A DNA stretch of 64,000 nt from assembly GCA_964367355.1 (NCBI GenBank), contig CAYIWY010000001.1:100340-164339 (forward strand). Direction: 5' to 3'. Position 1 is the stretch's first letter. Each line of letters begins with the position of its first letter. The position numbers and the translations under genes were made by a program. Below are positions 11,896-22,077 of this stretch, piece by piece. The notes under the pieces are model-generated. The model was not told the DNA's origin. It did not search any database and worked only from the letters and a program-made list of their open reading frames with translations. This stretch comes from an uncultured Gammaproteobacteria bacterium (GTDB lineage: Bacteria; Patescibacteriota; Microgenomatia; Woykebacterales; RBG-16-39-9b).

Positions 11896-12441
11896 ATGAA
11901 AGTCTTGGAAAAATACGAAAGCAAAGTAAAAGAAAACCTAAGCAAAAACTTTTCAATAAGCAATATTTTTGCATTGCCAAAAATTGACAAAGTAGTTTTA
12001 AACGTTGGTTTTGGCAAATCAAGTTCTGATGATAAAGCTATAGAGCAAATAGCCAGTGATTTAAACAAAATAACTGGCCAAAAACCATCAGTTCGCAAAG
12101 CACGAAAAGCAATAGCGGCCTTTAAGTTAAGAGCCGGCCAACCAATCGGTGCTCAGGTTACTTTACGAAAAAAGAAAATGTACGACTTTTTGGATAAACT
12201 AACGGCAATAGTTTTACCAAGAGTTCGTGATTTTCGCGGCGTTTCCGAAAAATCCTTTGATGGTAGAGGCAACTACACACTTGGGTTTCGGGAAATTAAT
12301 GTCTTTCCTGAAATTGAGTACACAAAGAACGATAAGCAAAATGGGGTGGAAATAACAATAGTAACTAGCGCAAAAAATGATGAAATAGCTAAAGCATTGT
12401 TGGAAGGAATTGGTATTCCTTTCCGAAAGGCACAAGAATAA
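11896..12441 (+). CDS. rplE: 50S ribosomal protein L5
   Basis: [22 protein letters not shown]. Confidence 0.99.
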   Translation: MKVLEKYESKVKENLSKNFSISNIFALPKIDKVVLNVGFGKSSSDDKAIEQIASDLNKITGQKPSVRKARKAIAAFKLRAGQPIGAQVTLRKKKMYDFLDKLTAIVLPRVRDFRGVSEKSFDGRGNYTLGFREINVFPEIEYTKNDKQNGVEITIVTSAKNDEIAKALLEGIGIPFRKAQE

Positions 12442-12626
12442 TGGCTAGATTGGCAATGATAGTAAAAGCAAATAAACCGTCTAAATTCCCAGTTCGGGAC
12501 AAAAACCGCTGCAGTCAATGCGGACGTTCTCGAGCCTATATTAGAAAATTTGGAGTTTGCCGAATATGTTTTCGACAACTTGCCCACAAAGGAGAATTAC
12601 CAGGTGTAATTAAAGCCAGTTGGTAA
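12441..12626 (+). CDS. rpsN: 30S ribosomal protein S14 (zinc-binding type Z)
   Basis: RCSQCGR...CRICFR...LPGVIKASW. Confidence 0.98.
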   Translation: MARLAMIVKANKPSKFPVRDKNRCSQCGRSRAYIRKFGVCRICFRQLAHKGELPGVIKASW

Positions 12627-12656
12627 CATAATTATCAATTATTTAAGAGGAAAAAG

Positions 12657-13046
12657 ATGACAGACCCAATTGCAGACATGTTAACAATAATTAGAAACGG
12701 ATACGCTGCTTCGAAGGAAGAAGTTACTGTGCCGTTTTCAAAATTAAAAAAAACCCTTGCTGATAAACTTTTGGCGATTGGTTATCTTGATTCTGTAAAG
12801 GAAGATAAAGTGAATGAAAGAAAAACTATTCGTATTGGTTTGAAATATGAAAAAGGCGAACCTGAAATTCAAGGTATTAAGAGAATTTCTAAACCTGGTC
12901 TAAGAATTTATCGTGGTAAAACCAAGATTCCTTATGTTTTAGGAGGTTTAGGTTATGCGATTATTTCTACCAGTGAAGGTTTGCTTACTGATCAAGAAGC
13001 AAGAAAAAAACAAGTGGGCGGAGAAATTATTTGTGAGGTTTGGTAA
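12657..13046 (+). CDS. rpsH: 30S ribosomal protein S8
   Basis: MTDPIADMLT, SKPGLRIY. Confidence 0.99.
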   Translation: MTDPIADMLTIIRNGYAASKEEVTVPFSKLKKTLADKLLAIGYLDSVKEDKVNERKTIRIGLKYEKGEPEIQGIKRISKPGLRIYRGKTKIPYVLGGLGYAIISTSEGLLTDQEARKKQVGGEIICEVW

Positions 13047-13057
13047 GGAAAAATAAG

Positions 13058-13600
13058 ATGAGTAAAATCGGTAAACTACCAATTAAATACGAAAACAACG
13101 CTCAAGTTTTACTTGAAAGAAATAATCTTAAAGTTACTGGACCGAAAGGTACTTTAGAGTTAAATCTCCCAGGTGAAGTTAAAGTAAACATTAAAGATAA
13201 TGTGATTTCTGTTGTTCGAAAAGATGACGCTGACAGATCAAAAGCAATGCATGGTTTAATTAGAACTTTAATTGCAAATATGATTGAAGGAGTGACCAAA
13301 GGTTACGAAAAAACACTGGAGATTTCTGGGGTGGGTTTTCGCTCTGCGGTCCAAGGATCAAAACTAGTTTTAACCGTAGGTTACTCTCATCAGGTTGAGA
13401 TTGAAGCGCCAGAAGGAATTACTTTTCGTACAAATGAAAACAAAATTACCGTTTCTGGTTTCGATAAACAATTGGTAGGAGAAATGGCAAGTAAAATAAG
13501 GAAAGTAAGACCAGCAGAACCCTACAAAGGAAAAGGAATAAAATACGAAGGTGAGGTTATTAGACGAAAGGCTGGTAAAGCTGGAAAGGCTGCGGCATAA
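13058..13600 (+). CDS. rplF: 50S ribosomal protein L6
   Basis: MSKIGKLPI, EPYKGKGIKY. Confidence 0.99.
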   Translation: MSKIGKLPIKYENNAQVLLERNNLKVTGPKGTLELNLPGEVKVNIKDNVISVVRKDDADRSKAMHGLIRTLIANMIEGVTKGYEKTLEISGVGFRSAVQGSKLVLTVGYSHQVEIEAPEGITFRTNENKITVSGFDKQLVGEMASKIRKVRPAEPYKGKGIKYEGEVIRRKAGKAGKAAA

Positions 13601-13603
13601 AAA

Positions 13604-13951
13604 ATGAAAAATTCAAAAATTAGGTTAGAAAAAAGACATTTAAAAATAAGAAGTATTATTAAAGGAACAAAGGATCGTCCAAGATTTGTAGTTTTTCGTT
13701 CTAATGCTCATATTTATGGAATGTTAGTTGACGATAAAACCGGTAAGACAGTAATTTCTGTTGCAGATAAGACGATAACTAAAAAAGACTTAACAAAAAC
13801 AGAAAAAGCCAAAGAAGTTGGGAAATTGGTTGCAGAAAAAGCCGCCAAAGAAAAAATAAAAAATGTGGTTTTTGATCGAGCCGGTTATTTGTATCATGGG
13901 CGAGTAAAAGCTTTAGCAGAAGGTGCTAGAGAGGGAGGATTGAAATTTTAA
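13604..13951 (+). CDS. rplR: 50S ribosomal protein L18
   Basis: [25 protein letters not shown]. Confidence 0.99.
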   Translation: MKNSKIRLEKRHLKIRSIIKGTKDRPRFVVFRSNAHIYGMLVDDKTGKTVISVADKTITKKDLTKTEKAKEVGKLVAEKAAKEKIKNVVFDRAGYLYHGRVKALAEGAREGGLKF

Positions 13952-14499
13952 TGGATTTTAGAAGACCAATGGATAATTATTATCAAGACAGCGAATTTCA
14001 GGAAAAAATAATTCAAGTTAGTCGCGTTTCGAAAAAAACTAAAGGAGGAAACAAAATTGGTTTTTCAGTACTTGTTGTCGTTGGTGATAGAAAAGGTCAA
14101 GTTGGAGTTGGTTTGGGAAAATCACCAGAAGTTCAATCTTCGATAAAAAAAGCGGTTACTTATGCAAAAAAGCATTTGATCACAGTGCCGATGAATGGTA
14201 CTACAATCCCTCATCCAGTGAATATTAAACTGGGAGCAGCAAAAATAATGTTGAAGCCAGCTTCACCTGGGACTGGAGTTATTGCTGGAGGTGCTGTACG
14301 GGCGGTGACTGAGGCGGCTGGAATTCACGATATCCTTTCGAAAGTATTGGGAACTTCCAACAAAGCATCAAATGTTTATGCAACTCTTGCTGCGTTGAAA
14401 AGTTTACGTCCGGTTGAGGATTTGAAAATAAGAAGAGGAAAAAAGTTAGGAGAACAAGACAGAAAAAGTCAAAAAGACAAAGTTGAAGTCAAGGAATAA
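13951..14499 (+). CDS. rpsE: 30S ribosomal protein S5
   Basis: [18 protein letters not shown]. Confidence 0.99.
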   Translation: MDFRRPMDNYYQDSEFQEKIIQVSRVSKKTKGGNKIGFSVLVVVGDRKGQVGVGLGKSPEVQSSIKKAVTYAKKHLITVPMNGTTIPHPVNIKLGAAKIMLKPASPGTGVIAGGAVRAVTEAAGIHDILSKVLGTSNKASNVYATLAALKSLRPVEDLKIRRGKKLGEQDRKSQKDKVEVKE

Positions 14500-14502
14500 C
14501 CT

Positions 14503-14973
14503 ATGGAATTAAACGAAATTTTAAAAATTAAAGGTACCCCAACTAAAAGAGTCGGACGTGGCGAGTCTTCTGGAAAAGGTAAAACTTCAGGAAAAGGTAA
14601 CAAAGGTCAGAAAGCCAGGGGTCGTGGAAAAGTTAGGCTTGGTTTTGAAGGCGGGCAGCTACCTTTAATTAAAAGGTTACCTTTTCGACGTGGGGTTGGA
14701 AATCATTTGGCAAAAAAGACTTTGACAATAACTCTTGACCAACTTTCAGTTTTTGATTCTGGCGATGTAGTCGACCCAAAAAGCTTAATCAAGAAAGGCC
14801 TATTGAAAAAATCTGCACGACCTGATTTTATTCGAGTTGTAGCTAAAGGGGAAATTGATAAGCCGTTAACTATAAAGGTAAGTTATACTAAAACAGCAAA
14901 AATAGCGATAGAAAAAGCCAAAGGAAATGTAGAAGCTATCAAGGAAGAAAAAGAGGAACAGATAAATGCTTAA
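14503..14973 (+). CDS. rplO: 50S ribosomal protein L15 (no rpmD between rpsE and rplO)
   Basis: [23 protein letters not shown]. Confidence 0.99.
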   Translation: MELNEILKIKGTPTKRVGRGESSGKGKTSGKGNKGQKARGRGKVRLGFEGGQLPLIKRLPFRRGVGNHLAKKTLTITLDQLSVFDSGDVVDPKSLIKKGLLKKSARPDFIRVVAKGEIDKPLTIKVSYTKTAKIAIEKAKGNVEAIKEEKEEQINA

Positions 14974-16249
14974 AACCTTTCGGGATATTCTCCGAACTCC
15001 AGACTTAAGATATAAAATTCTTTTCACAGTTGGTATTATTTTTGTTTTTCGCCTGGCAGCTCATATTCCAGTTCCGGGTGTTGATCCCAGCGCTTTGAAA
15101 AATTTGTTTTCAGGCAACCAACTTTTAGAACTTTTGGATTTATTTTCCGGGGGTACATTATTTAATTTTTCGATTATTGCTTTAGGCTTAAATCCATATA
15201 TTAATGCCTCGATTGTGATGCAGTTACTTGGAATTATGGTTCCTAAACTTGAAGCACTCCAAAAAGAGGGTGAGTACGGTAGAGCCAAGATCAATCAATA
15301 CACTCGTTATCTGACAGTGCCCTTGGCTTTAGTACAGTCTTTTGCAGTTATTACATTCCTTAAACGAAGCAGCACAGGTGTTATCGGAAATTTAAGCCCC
15401 CTAGAGATGATTGCTGTTATGCTGACTATGACGGCCGGAACAATAATGCTTATGTGGCTAGGTGAACTGATAACTGAGCAAGGTATTGGGAACGGTATTT
15501 CGGTTTTGATATTTGTCGGGATAGTTGGTAGTATGCCGGTTTCGTTTTTTAGGGCAGGTGGGCTGATAACTGCGGATAATATTCTAACTTATGCGGCAGT
15601 ACTGGTTGCTGCCCTGGTGATAATTATGGGTGTTGTGGTTGGAAGCGAGGGGTTAAGAAAAATTCCTGTGCAATATGCAAGACGTGTTCGCGGTAACCGT
15701 TTATATGGGGGTCAAACGACGTTTCTACCTTTGAAGGTGAACCAGGCGGGAGTAATTCCGATTATTTTCGCTGTCTCTTTGGTTTTAATACCCGGAGTTG
15801 TCGGTACTTTTTTGAGTAATTACCCTAATATTCAGATTAAGAACTTTGCAGATGCCTTAGTTAATTTTTCTCGTAATGTGCCACTTTATAGCGGTGTTTA
15901 TTTCTTTTTGGTGGTTGTTTTTACTTATTTTTACACCTCGGTAATATTCAATCCAACTAAGGTTTCGGATGAAATTAAGAAATATGGTGGTTTTATTCCA
16001 GGAATTAGACCGGGTAAGGCTACGGCGGACTATTTATCTTTCATAGTCAACCGTATTACTTTGGTCGGAGCAGTTTTTCTTGGGTCAATTGCAGTTATGC
16101 CTTTTATTTTACAAGAAATTACCAAGATCAGTGTTTTGGCTGTCGGAGGAACAGGACTTTTGATTGTCGTTTCTGTAGTTCTAGAAACAGCCAAACAACT
16201 AGAGTCACAACTAGTTATGCGTTCTTATGAAGGTTTTTTAAATAAGTAA
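14966..16249 (+). CDS. secY: Preprotein translocase subunit SecY
   Basis: [33 protein letters not shown]. Confidence 0.99.
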   Translation: MLKTFRDILRTPDLRYKILFTVGIIFVFRLAAHIPVPGVDPSALKNLFSGNQLLELLDLFSGGTLFNFSIIALGLNPYINASIVMQLLGIMVPKLEALQKEGEYGRAKINQYTRYLTVPLALVQSFAVITFLKRSSTGVIGNLSPLEMIAVMLTMTAGTIMLMWLGELITEQGIGNGISVLIFVGIVGSMPVSFFRAGGLITADNILTYAAVLVAALVIIMGVVVGSEGLRKIPVQYARRVRGNRLYGGQTTFLPLKVNQAGVIPIIFAVSLVLIPGVVGTFLSNYPNIQIKNFADALVNFSRNVPLYSGVYFFLVVVFTYFYTSVIFNPTKVSDEIKKYGGFIPGIRPGKATADYLSFIVNRITLVGAVFLGSIAVMPFILQEITKISVLAVGGTGLLIVVSVVLETAKQLESQLVMRSYEGFLNK

Positions 16250-16258
16250 CTTACCAAA

Positions 16259-16804
16259 ATGATTGTACTTGTTTTTGGGATTCAAGGTAGCGGTAAAAGT
16301 ACACACGCACATTTTATTGCGAATAAATTAAATATTCCTTACGTTTCAACTGGCGATCTTCTTCGAGAGATTGAAAAAGAACCAACTGAAACTGGGAAAA
16401 AAGTAAGATCCTTGATGGAAAAAGGAATGATAATACCTGACGAGATCACAGTACCAGCTTTGGAGAATTATTTAAGGGAAAATAATTTCGACGATAATTT
16501 TTTAATCGAAGGTTTTCCAAGAACAATGAAGCAGGTTGAAATGCTTAATCGAAAAGTCGATCTGGTATTTGAGATAGTTGTCCCGGAAGAAATAGCAATT
16601 AAGAGGTTAAAAGAACGAGGTCGGTATGATGATATTGAAGATTCGATAAAAACAAGATTAGAACTTTTTAAAGAGAAGACGTTGCCGGTAATAGAGCATT
16701 ACAAAAAAAGTGGGACTAAGGTACAAATCGTAAATAACGATAAAAGTATTGTAGAAGTTCAGAAAGAAATAGATGAGTTACTCAAAGACAAAACAAGAAA
16801 TTGA
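16259..16804 (+). CDS. adk: Adenylate kinase (short, LID-less type)
   Basis: GIQGSGKST, STGDLLR, EGFPR; synteny. Confidence 0.93.
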   Translation: MIVLVFGIQGSGKSTHAHFIANKLNIPYVSTGDLLREIEKEPTETGKKVRSLMEKGMIIPDEITVPALENYLRENNFDDNFLIEGFPRTMKQVEMLNRKVDLVFEIVVPEEIAIKRLKERGRYDDIEDSIKTRLELFKEKTLPVIEHYKKSGTKVQIVNNDKSIVEVQKEIDELLKDKTRN

Positions 16805-17519
16805 GTTGATACGAAAAGCCGGTAACATCAGCGCTCAGGCGATGGTAGAAGTTGAGAAAAAACTCAAACCAGGAGTAAGAACTTTGGAAATAGATCAAGC
16901 AGTTGAGGAAATTTTTAAGAAGAATGGGGCAGAAAGCGCTTTTAAAAAAGTAAATAAGTATAAATATAGTATCTGTGCCACACCAAATGATTGGGTTGTA
17001 CATGGATTACCAGATAAAGATAAACTTGAGAACGGTGATATAGTTGGTATTGATCTTGGAGCACTTTACAAAGGTTATAACTCTGATATGGCTCAAACAT
17101 TTGTTATTGGAAGTGTGCCAGAGGCAACCAGAAAATTTTTAGAAGTTGGTGAACGTACGCTTTGGAAAGCTATTGATCAAGCAAGAATCGGTAATCACAT
17201 TGGCGATATTAGCGCAACAATTCAGGCAAATATTGAGTCTTGTGGGTATAGTGTGGTTCGTGAGCTTGTTGGACATGGGGTTGGAAAAGAATTGCACGAA
17301 GATCCGATGATACCTGGGATTGGAAATAAAGGTAAAGGTGAATTAATTAAAGAAGGCTTAGTTATTGCTGTAGAAATTATTTATAATCAAGGCAAACCGC
17401 AGATAGTTCTTTTAGACGACGGTTGGACAATTGCAACTCGCGACGGATCTTTAAGTGGTTTATTTGAGAGAACAATTGTAGTAACAAAGAAAGGGCCTGT
17501 AGTGTTGACGGCTGTTTAG
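16773..17519 (+). CDS. map: Methionine aminopeptidase type I
   Basis: VVHGLP, GHGVGKELHEDP. Confidence 0.97.
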   Translation: MSYSKTKQEIELIRKAGNISAQAMVEVEKKLKPGVRTLEIDQAVEEIFKKNGAESAFKKVNKYKYSICATPNDWVVHGLPDKDKLENGDIVGIDLGALYKGYNSDMAQTFVIGSVPEATRKFLEVGERTLWKAIDQARIGNHIGDISATIQANIESCGYSVVRELVGHGVGKELHEDPMIPGIGNKGKGELIKEGLVIAVEIIYNQGKPQIVLLDDGWTIATRDGSLSGLFERTIVVTKKGPVVLTAV

Positions 17520-17560
17520 CTTTCTGTTAAAATAAACGCCGCACAACCAAAAGGTAAGTA

Positions 17561-17797
17561 ATGCCAGAAGATAATATTGAAATAACTGGAAAAGTGCTGG
17601 AATCTCTTCCCAATACTCAATTTAGGGTTGAAATAGGGAAAACTGCTCCAGAAGGATTAGCTGGACAAGTAATTCTTTGCCATATTGCGGGAAAAATGCG
17701 TATGAATTATATCCGTATTTTACCTGGAGATAAGGTGAGGGTTCAGATAAGTCCTTATGATTTAACAAAAGGACGAATTACTTATCGGGAAAGATAG
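17561..17797 (+). CDS. infA: Translation initiation factor IF-1
   Basis: [29 protein letters not shown]. Confidence 0.99.
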   Translation: MPEDNIEITGKVLESLPNTQFRVEIGKTAPEGLAGQVILCHIAGKMRMNYIRILPGDKVRVQISPYDLTKGRITYRER

Positions 17798-17906
17798 AAA
17801 ATGTCGGTTTATATCGATCAGTATGAAGTTTATTAAAAACAAAATATTATTATATTACGATCGATATTTTTTAACTAAGAATCGTAGAATCTAAGGTTGT
17901 TAAAAC

Positions 17907-18020
17907 ATGAAAGTACAAGCTTCAATTAAAAAAAGATGTATGAAATGCAAAATCGTCAAAAGACGAGGTACTTTATTTGTTATTTGTGAAAACCCCCGTC
18001 ACAAACAAAGACAAGGTTAA
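17907..18020 (+). CDS. rpmJ: 50S ribosomal protein L36
   Basis: Manual translation [37 protein letters not shown] (below ORF-track cutoff). Confidence 0.98.
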   Translation: MKVQASIKKRCMKCKIVKRRGTLFVICENPRHKQRQG

Positions 18021-18023
18021 GCT

Positions 18024-18449
18024 ATGGCTAGAATAAGTGGTGTGGATTTACCAACAAATAAAAAAGTTCTGTTTGCCCTACCTTATATTTTTGGGGTTGG
18101 TCCCTCTCTTTCTAAAAAGATTCTCGAAGAAACTAAGGTTGATCCTGACAAGAGAGTCAAGAATTTAGAAGAAGCAGAAGTATCAAAGATACAAAAAAAA
18201 GTTGATGAAATAATTGTCGAAGGAGATTTGCGAAGAAACATCCAACAGAATATCCGCCGTTTGGAAGAGATTGGAACCTATCGAGGTTTACGGCACAGAA
18301 AAAACCTACCGGCTCGAGGACAGAGAACCAGAAGTAATGCAAGAACTAAAAGAGGAAAAAGATTGACTGTTGGAGCAATAAAGAAGGAGGTCGCTCAAAA
18401 GATGGAAGTAGCCGCTAAAAAAGACGCGAGTTCAGCAGCGGCTAAGTAA
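18024..18449 (+). CDS. rpsM: 30S ribosomal protein S13
   Basis: MARISGVDLP, RGQRTRSNARTKRG. Confidence 0.99.
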   Translation: MARISGVDLPTNKKVLFALPYIFGVGPSLSKKILEETKVDPDKRVKNLEEAEVSKIQKKVDEIIVEGDLRRNIQQNIRRLEEIGTYRGLRHRKNLPARGQRTRSNARTKRGKRLTVGAIKKEVAQKMEVAAKKDASSAAAK

Positions 18450-18535
18450 TATTTATTTAATAAATTATACCTACGCTCGCGCGTGATGTAATTTAAAACC
18501 AGAAATAATAAAATTGATAGCAGAAATTTTTAATT

Positions 18536-18910
18536 ATGGAAAAGAAAAGAAAAACAATTAAAGAAGTAGTCAGCGGAAAAGTTTATGTTAACGCTACTTT
18601 CAATAATACTTTAGTTACCATCACTGATCTTGATGGTAATGCTTTGGGTTGGAGTAGTTCAGGAGCAGTTGGGTTTAAAGGTGCTAGGAAAGCAACTCCG
18701 TACGCGGCTACAACTGCGGTAGAAAACTTAGCTAGAAAGCTTATGGTCCATGGGTTAAAAGAGGTAGAAGTTTTTATTAAGGGCCCAGGTTCTGGCAGGG
18801 ATGCTTCAATCAGAGCACTGAAAAATTCAGGGTTGGCGATAAAAGCGATCGCTGATGTTACACCGATTCCGCATAATGGACCAAGATCAAGGAAAAGGAG
18901 AAGAGTTTAA
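18536..18910 (+). CDS. rpsK: 30S ribosomal protein S11
   Basis: [14 protein letters not shown]. Confidence 0.99.
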   Translation: MEKKRKTIKEVVSGKVYVNATFNNTLVTITDLDGNALGWSSSGAVGFKGARKATPYAATTAVENLARKLMVHGLKEVEVFIKGPGSGRDASIRALKNSGLAIKAIADVTPIPHNGPRSRKRRRV

Positions 18911-18916
18911 AAATAT

Positions 18917-19546
18917 ATGGCTCGTTATACTGGACCAAAATTTAGATTAGATCGACGTGAAGGCACCAACCTTTTTCTTAAGGGCAAGAGAAGTGTTTCT
19001 GGTAAACATCCTTTAGCGAAAAAAGGTGCTATTCCTCCAGGTCAACACGGTCAGAAAACTTTAAATAAGAAAAGATCTGAGTACGGTTTACAGCTTCGGG
19101 AAAAACAAAAAGTAAAAAGAATGTACGGAGTTTTGGAGCGCCAATTTAGGAAATATTACGAACAAGCCGCAAAGAAAAAAGGGGCAACTGGTGAAACATT
19201 ACTTCAGATACTGGAAACAAGATTAGATAACATTGTCTTTCGACTGAGCTTTGCCTTTTCAAGAGCTCAAGCAAGACAATTAACCACTCACGGGCATGTT
19301 TTGGTAAATGGAAAAAAGGTTAATGTCCCCTCTTTCAATGTCAAAGAAGGTGACGTGATAAGCTTAAGTGGTAAAGCCTCTGACTTTGTTTTTGTAAAAG
19401 AGACAGCAAATGAATTTGATAAAGATAAACTACCAGCTTGGTTGGACAGAAAAGGTTTGGTGGGTAATTTAAAGAAACTTCCCGTTCGGGAAGATATTGA
19501 AGCAGATATTAATGAGCAGGCAATTGTTGAGTTCTACTCTCGTTAG
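18917..19546 (+). CDS. rpsD: 30S ribosomal protein S4
   Basis: PPGQHG, LETRLDN, IVEFYSR. Confidence 0.99.
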   Translation: MARYTGPKFRLDRREGTNLFLKGKRSVSGKHPLAKKGAIPPGQHGQKTLNKKRSEYGLQLREKQKVKRMYGVLERQFRKYYEQAAKKKGATGETLLQILETRLDNIVFRLSFAFSRAQARQLTTHGHVLVNGKKVNVPSFNVKEGDVISLSGKASDFVFVKETANEFDKDKLPAWLDRKGLVGNLKKLPVREDIEADINEQAIVEFYSR

Positions 19547-19685
19547 AGAGCAGAGGTTTTAAAGTTCTATAGCCGTTAGACTGCAGACAGTGAAATAGTC
19601 TACTCACGGTAGTTTTGACAATATTATTATGACTTTTTAAAGTTTTAGAATTAACGCCCCTTTAAAAAGTTTAGGAGGTAATAAA

Positions 19686-20591
19686 ATGGTTGATCAAGTT
19701 AAAATTAGTCACGATGGAAATAACCACGAAGGGTTTATTATTATTGAACCCCTTCCACAAGGTTTAGGTATGACATTGGGTAATGCTCTGCGAAGAGTTT
19801 TGCTGTCTTCGTTGCCTGGTGCAGCGATTACTCAAGCAAAAATCGCTGGGGTTTCGCACGAGTACTCTACTATTAAAGGAGTGAAAGAAGATGTTGTTCA
19901 AATTCTACTGAATTTGAAAAAAATTCGTTTATCGATTGAGGGAGATAAACCAGTAAAATTGGAATTGGATGTAAAAGGGCCAAAAGAAGTAAAGGCTTCA
20001 GATTTGAATTTACCAGCAGGAGTAAAGGTTTCGAATCCAGATCAGGTAATTGCAACCTTAGCTGACAATAAGTCAAAACTTGAAGTCGAATTGACAGCTG
20101 AAAAAGGTGTTGGTTATGTACCCGTTGATGATCGACGTGGTTATGGGATTGGTATTATTCCACTTGATGCAAACTTCACCCCGATAACAAAAGTAAATTA
20201 CAAAGTTGAAGCAACTCGTGTTGGGCAAATAACTAATTTTGATAAACTTACCTTTGAAATTAGTACTGATGGTACTGTAACGCCAGCCGAAGCTATCAAG
20301 GAAGGGTCAAAAATACTTACTGATTACTTTACAGTTTTGGTTGAACAGAAAAAGGCGCCGAAAAAAGACAAGGAAGACGAAGTTGTAAAACCAAAAATTG
20401 ATAAATCAGCTACGATTGAGGAGCTTGAGTTATCAACAAGAATTACAAATTCTCTAAAAAATGCAGGTGTAGAAACAGTTGACGATCTTTTGAATGCTCC
20501 GAAGGAAGAATTGGTAAAGTTGAAGAATATGGGAGCAAAATCACTATCAGATATCGAGGAAAAACTTCGAGAAAAGGGATTAGTTAATTAG
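19686..20591 (+). CDS. rpoA: RNA polymerase subunit alpha
   Basis: TLGNALRRVLLSSLPG, C-terminal domain LSTRITNSL. Confidence 0.99.
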   Translation: MVDQVKISHDGNNHEGFIIIEPLPQGLGMTLGNALRRVLLSSLPGAAITQAKIAGVSHEYSTIKGVKEDVVQILLNLKKIRLSIEGDKPVKLELDVKGPKEVKASDLNLPAGVKVSNPDQVIATLADNKSKLEVELTAEKGVGYVPVDDRRGYGIGIIPLDANFTPITKVNYKVEATRVGQITNFDKLTFEISTDGTVTPAEAIKEGSKILTDYFTVLVEQKKAPKKDKEDEVVKPKIDKSATIEELELSTRITNSLKNAGVETVDDLLNAPKEELVKLKNMGAKSLSDIEEKLREKGLVN

Positions 20592-20597
20592 GAAAAT

Positions 20598-21077
20598 ATG
20601 AGACATAGAGTTGCAGGAAAAAAATTAGGACGTACTAAAAATCAACGAACAGCACTGTTTCGTAGTTTAGCGAATAATTTAATCTTGCATGAAAAGATTG
20701 TCACAACACAGGCAAAAGCAAAAGCAGTTAAACCATTGGTCGAGAAATTAGTAACTCGAGCGAAGATAAATAGTATTCACAGCAGAAGATTGTTGATAAA
20801 GGCATTAGCATCTGAAAACACTGCTAAAAAAATGCTTGAGGTTATTGGACCGCAGTTTAAACAAAGACCGGGTGGTTATACCAAAATTATCAATCTTGGA
20901 AATCGAACCGGAGATCAAGCACCGATGGTGACGCTGATGTTTGTAGAAAATCTTAGCTCAATAAAACCAGTTAAAGTTATTGATGGTGAGAAACCTGGCA
21001 AAAAAGCAGAAAAGAAAATCGTAATTAAAAAAGAAATTAGGAAGAAACCAGAGGTTAAGAAAAAGAACAAGGAATAA
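20598..21077 (+). CDS. rplQ: 50S ribosomal protein L17
   Basis: MRHRVAGKKLGR, RPGGYT. Confidence 0.99.
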   Translation: MRHRVAGKKLGRTKNQRTALFRSLANNLILHEKIVTTQAKAKAVKPLVEKLVTRAKINSIHSRRLLIKALASENTAKKMLEVIGPQFKQRPGGYTKIINLGNRTGDQAPMVTLMFVENLSSIKPVKVIDGEKPGKKAEKKIVIKKEIRKKPEVKKKNKE

Positions 21078-21095
21078 TTTAACTAGTTAATTAAA

Positions 21096-21608
21096 ATGGA
21101 AAACAAAAAAGAAGTAAAAACTAAAGAATCAAAAAAAACCCTTTCTACAAAAGTGGAGGTCTCTGATTCTATAAATAAGACTAAAAGGAAAACGGTAAAG
21201 AAAACTGAAACTCCAAAGAAATGGTTTATCGTTGACGCCAAAGGTTTAGTAATTGGTAGACTTTCTACTAAAATTGCTACAATACTTCTTGGTAAAAATA
21301 AGGTTAGTTACTTGCCTTATAAAGACAGCGGGGATTATGTTGTGGTTGTAAATGCTGCTAAGGTTGCCGCAACTGGAAAAAAAGAAGACCGAAAATATTA
21401 TTATCGATACTCGGGTTATCCTGGTGGGTTAAAAACTGAAAACCTAAAGACCTTAAGAATAAGAAAACCAGAAATGATAATTGAGCATGCAGTTTCTGGA
21501 ATGTTGCCAAAAACAAAATTAGGAAAAGCAGTTATTAAGAAACTCTATATTTACCCTGGAGAAAAGCATCCTCACGAAGCTCAAAAAGCTGAGGAACTAA
21601 AGTTTTAA
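21096..21608 (+). CDS. rplM: 50S ribosomal protein L13
   Basis: GDYVVVVNA, SGYPGGLK, HPHEAQ. Confidence 0.99.
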   Translation: MENKKEVKTKESKKTLSTKVEVSDSINKTKRKTVKKTETPKKWFIVDAKGLVIGRLSTKIATILLGKNKVSYLPYKDSGDYVVVVNAAKVAATGKKEDRKYYYRYSGYPGGLKTENLKTLRIRKPEMIIEHAVSGMLPKTKLGKAVIKKLYIYPGEKHPHEAQKAEELKF

Positions 21609-21621
21609 TAAGGACAAAGAC

Positions 21622-22077
21622 ATGAAAAAAGTAAAAGAAGTTGAAGTAATTGAAGAGGTAGAAACAAAAAAGAAAACTTTGAAGGAAAAAGATTATTTTA
21701 AAGGTGTTGGTCGAAGAAAAACTTCAGTTGCCAGGGTTTGGTTAAAACTAGAAAAGGGTCCAATAACTGTTAATGAAAAAAAGCTGGAGGATTATTTCGC
21801 TGGTTTAAAAAATGATAAACTTTTTGAAGAACCTTTCCGAGTTGTAAATCGTATTGGTCAAATGTCTGGTCAAATAAAAGTGAATGGTGGTGGTATTGCC
21901 TCCCAAGCTGGAGCAGTAATTCACGGTATTTCCAGAGCACTTCTACAGTACGACGAAACATTCAGATCAGCGCTATCTAAGAAAAAACTTCTGACCCGTG
22001 ACCCGAGAGCAAAGGAAAGAAGAAAATATGGATTTGCTGGTAAAGCACGGGCAAAAAAGCAATCTCCAAAGCGTTAA
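21622..22077 (+). CDS. rpsI: 30S ribosomal protein S9
   Basis: GRRKTSVARV, LLTRDPRAKERRK. Confidence 0.99.
   Translation: MKKVKEVEVIEEVETKKKTLKEKDYFKGVGRRKTSVARVWLKLEKGPITVNEKKLEDYFAGLKNDKLFEEPFRVVNRIGQMSGQIKVNGGGIASQAGAVIHGISRALLQYDETFRSALSKKKLLTRDPRAKERRKYGFAGKARAKKQSPKR

Noticed and set aside
14499-14503. Missing rpmD (L30) and Lys/Glu-rich extensions on L3, L4, L13, L17 and S9 as novelties
   Set aside because: Loss of L30 is an established CPR trait, and such extensions are common there; useful only as a lineage hint.
17811-17866. Inverted repeat TATCGATC...GATCGATA between infA and rpmJ as an ncRNA
   Set aside because: A single AT-rich hairpin with no other support.
853-20076. Many alternative-frame or antisense ORFs over housekeeping genes (for example 853-1101, 4927-5196, 7228-7698, 9085-9681)
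   Set aside because: Shadow ORFs of well-identified genes with no recognisable motifs.
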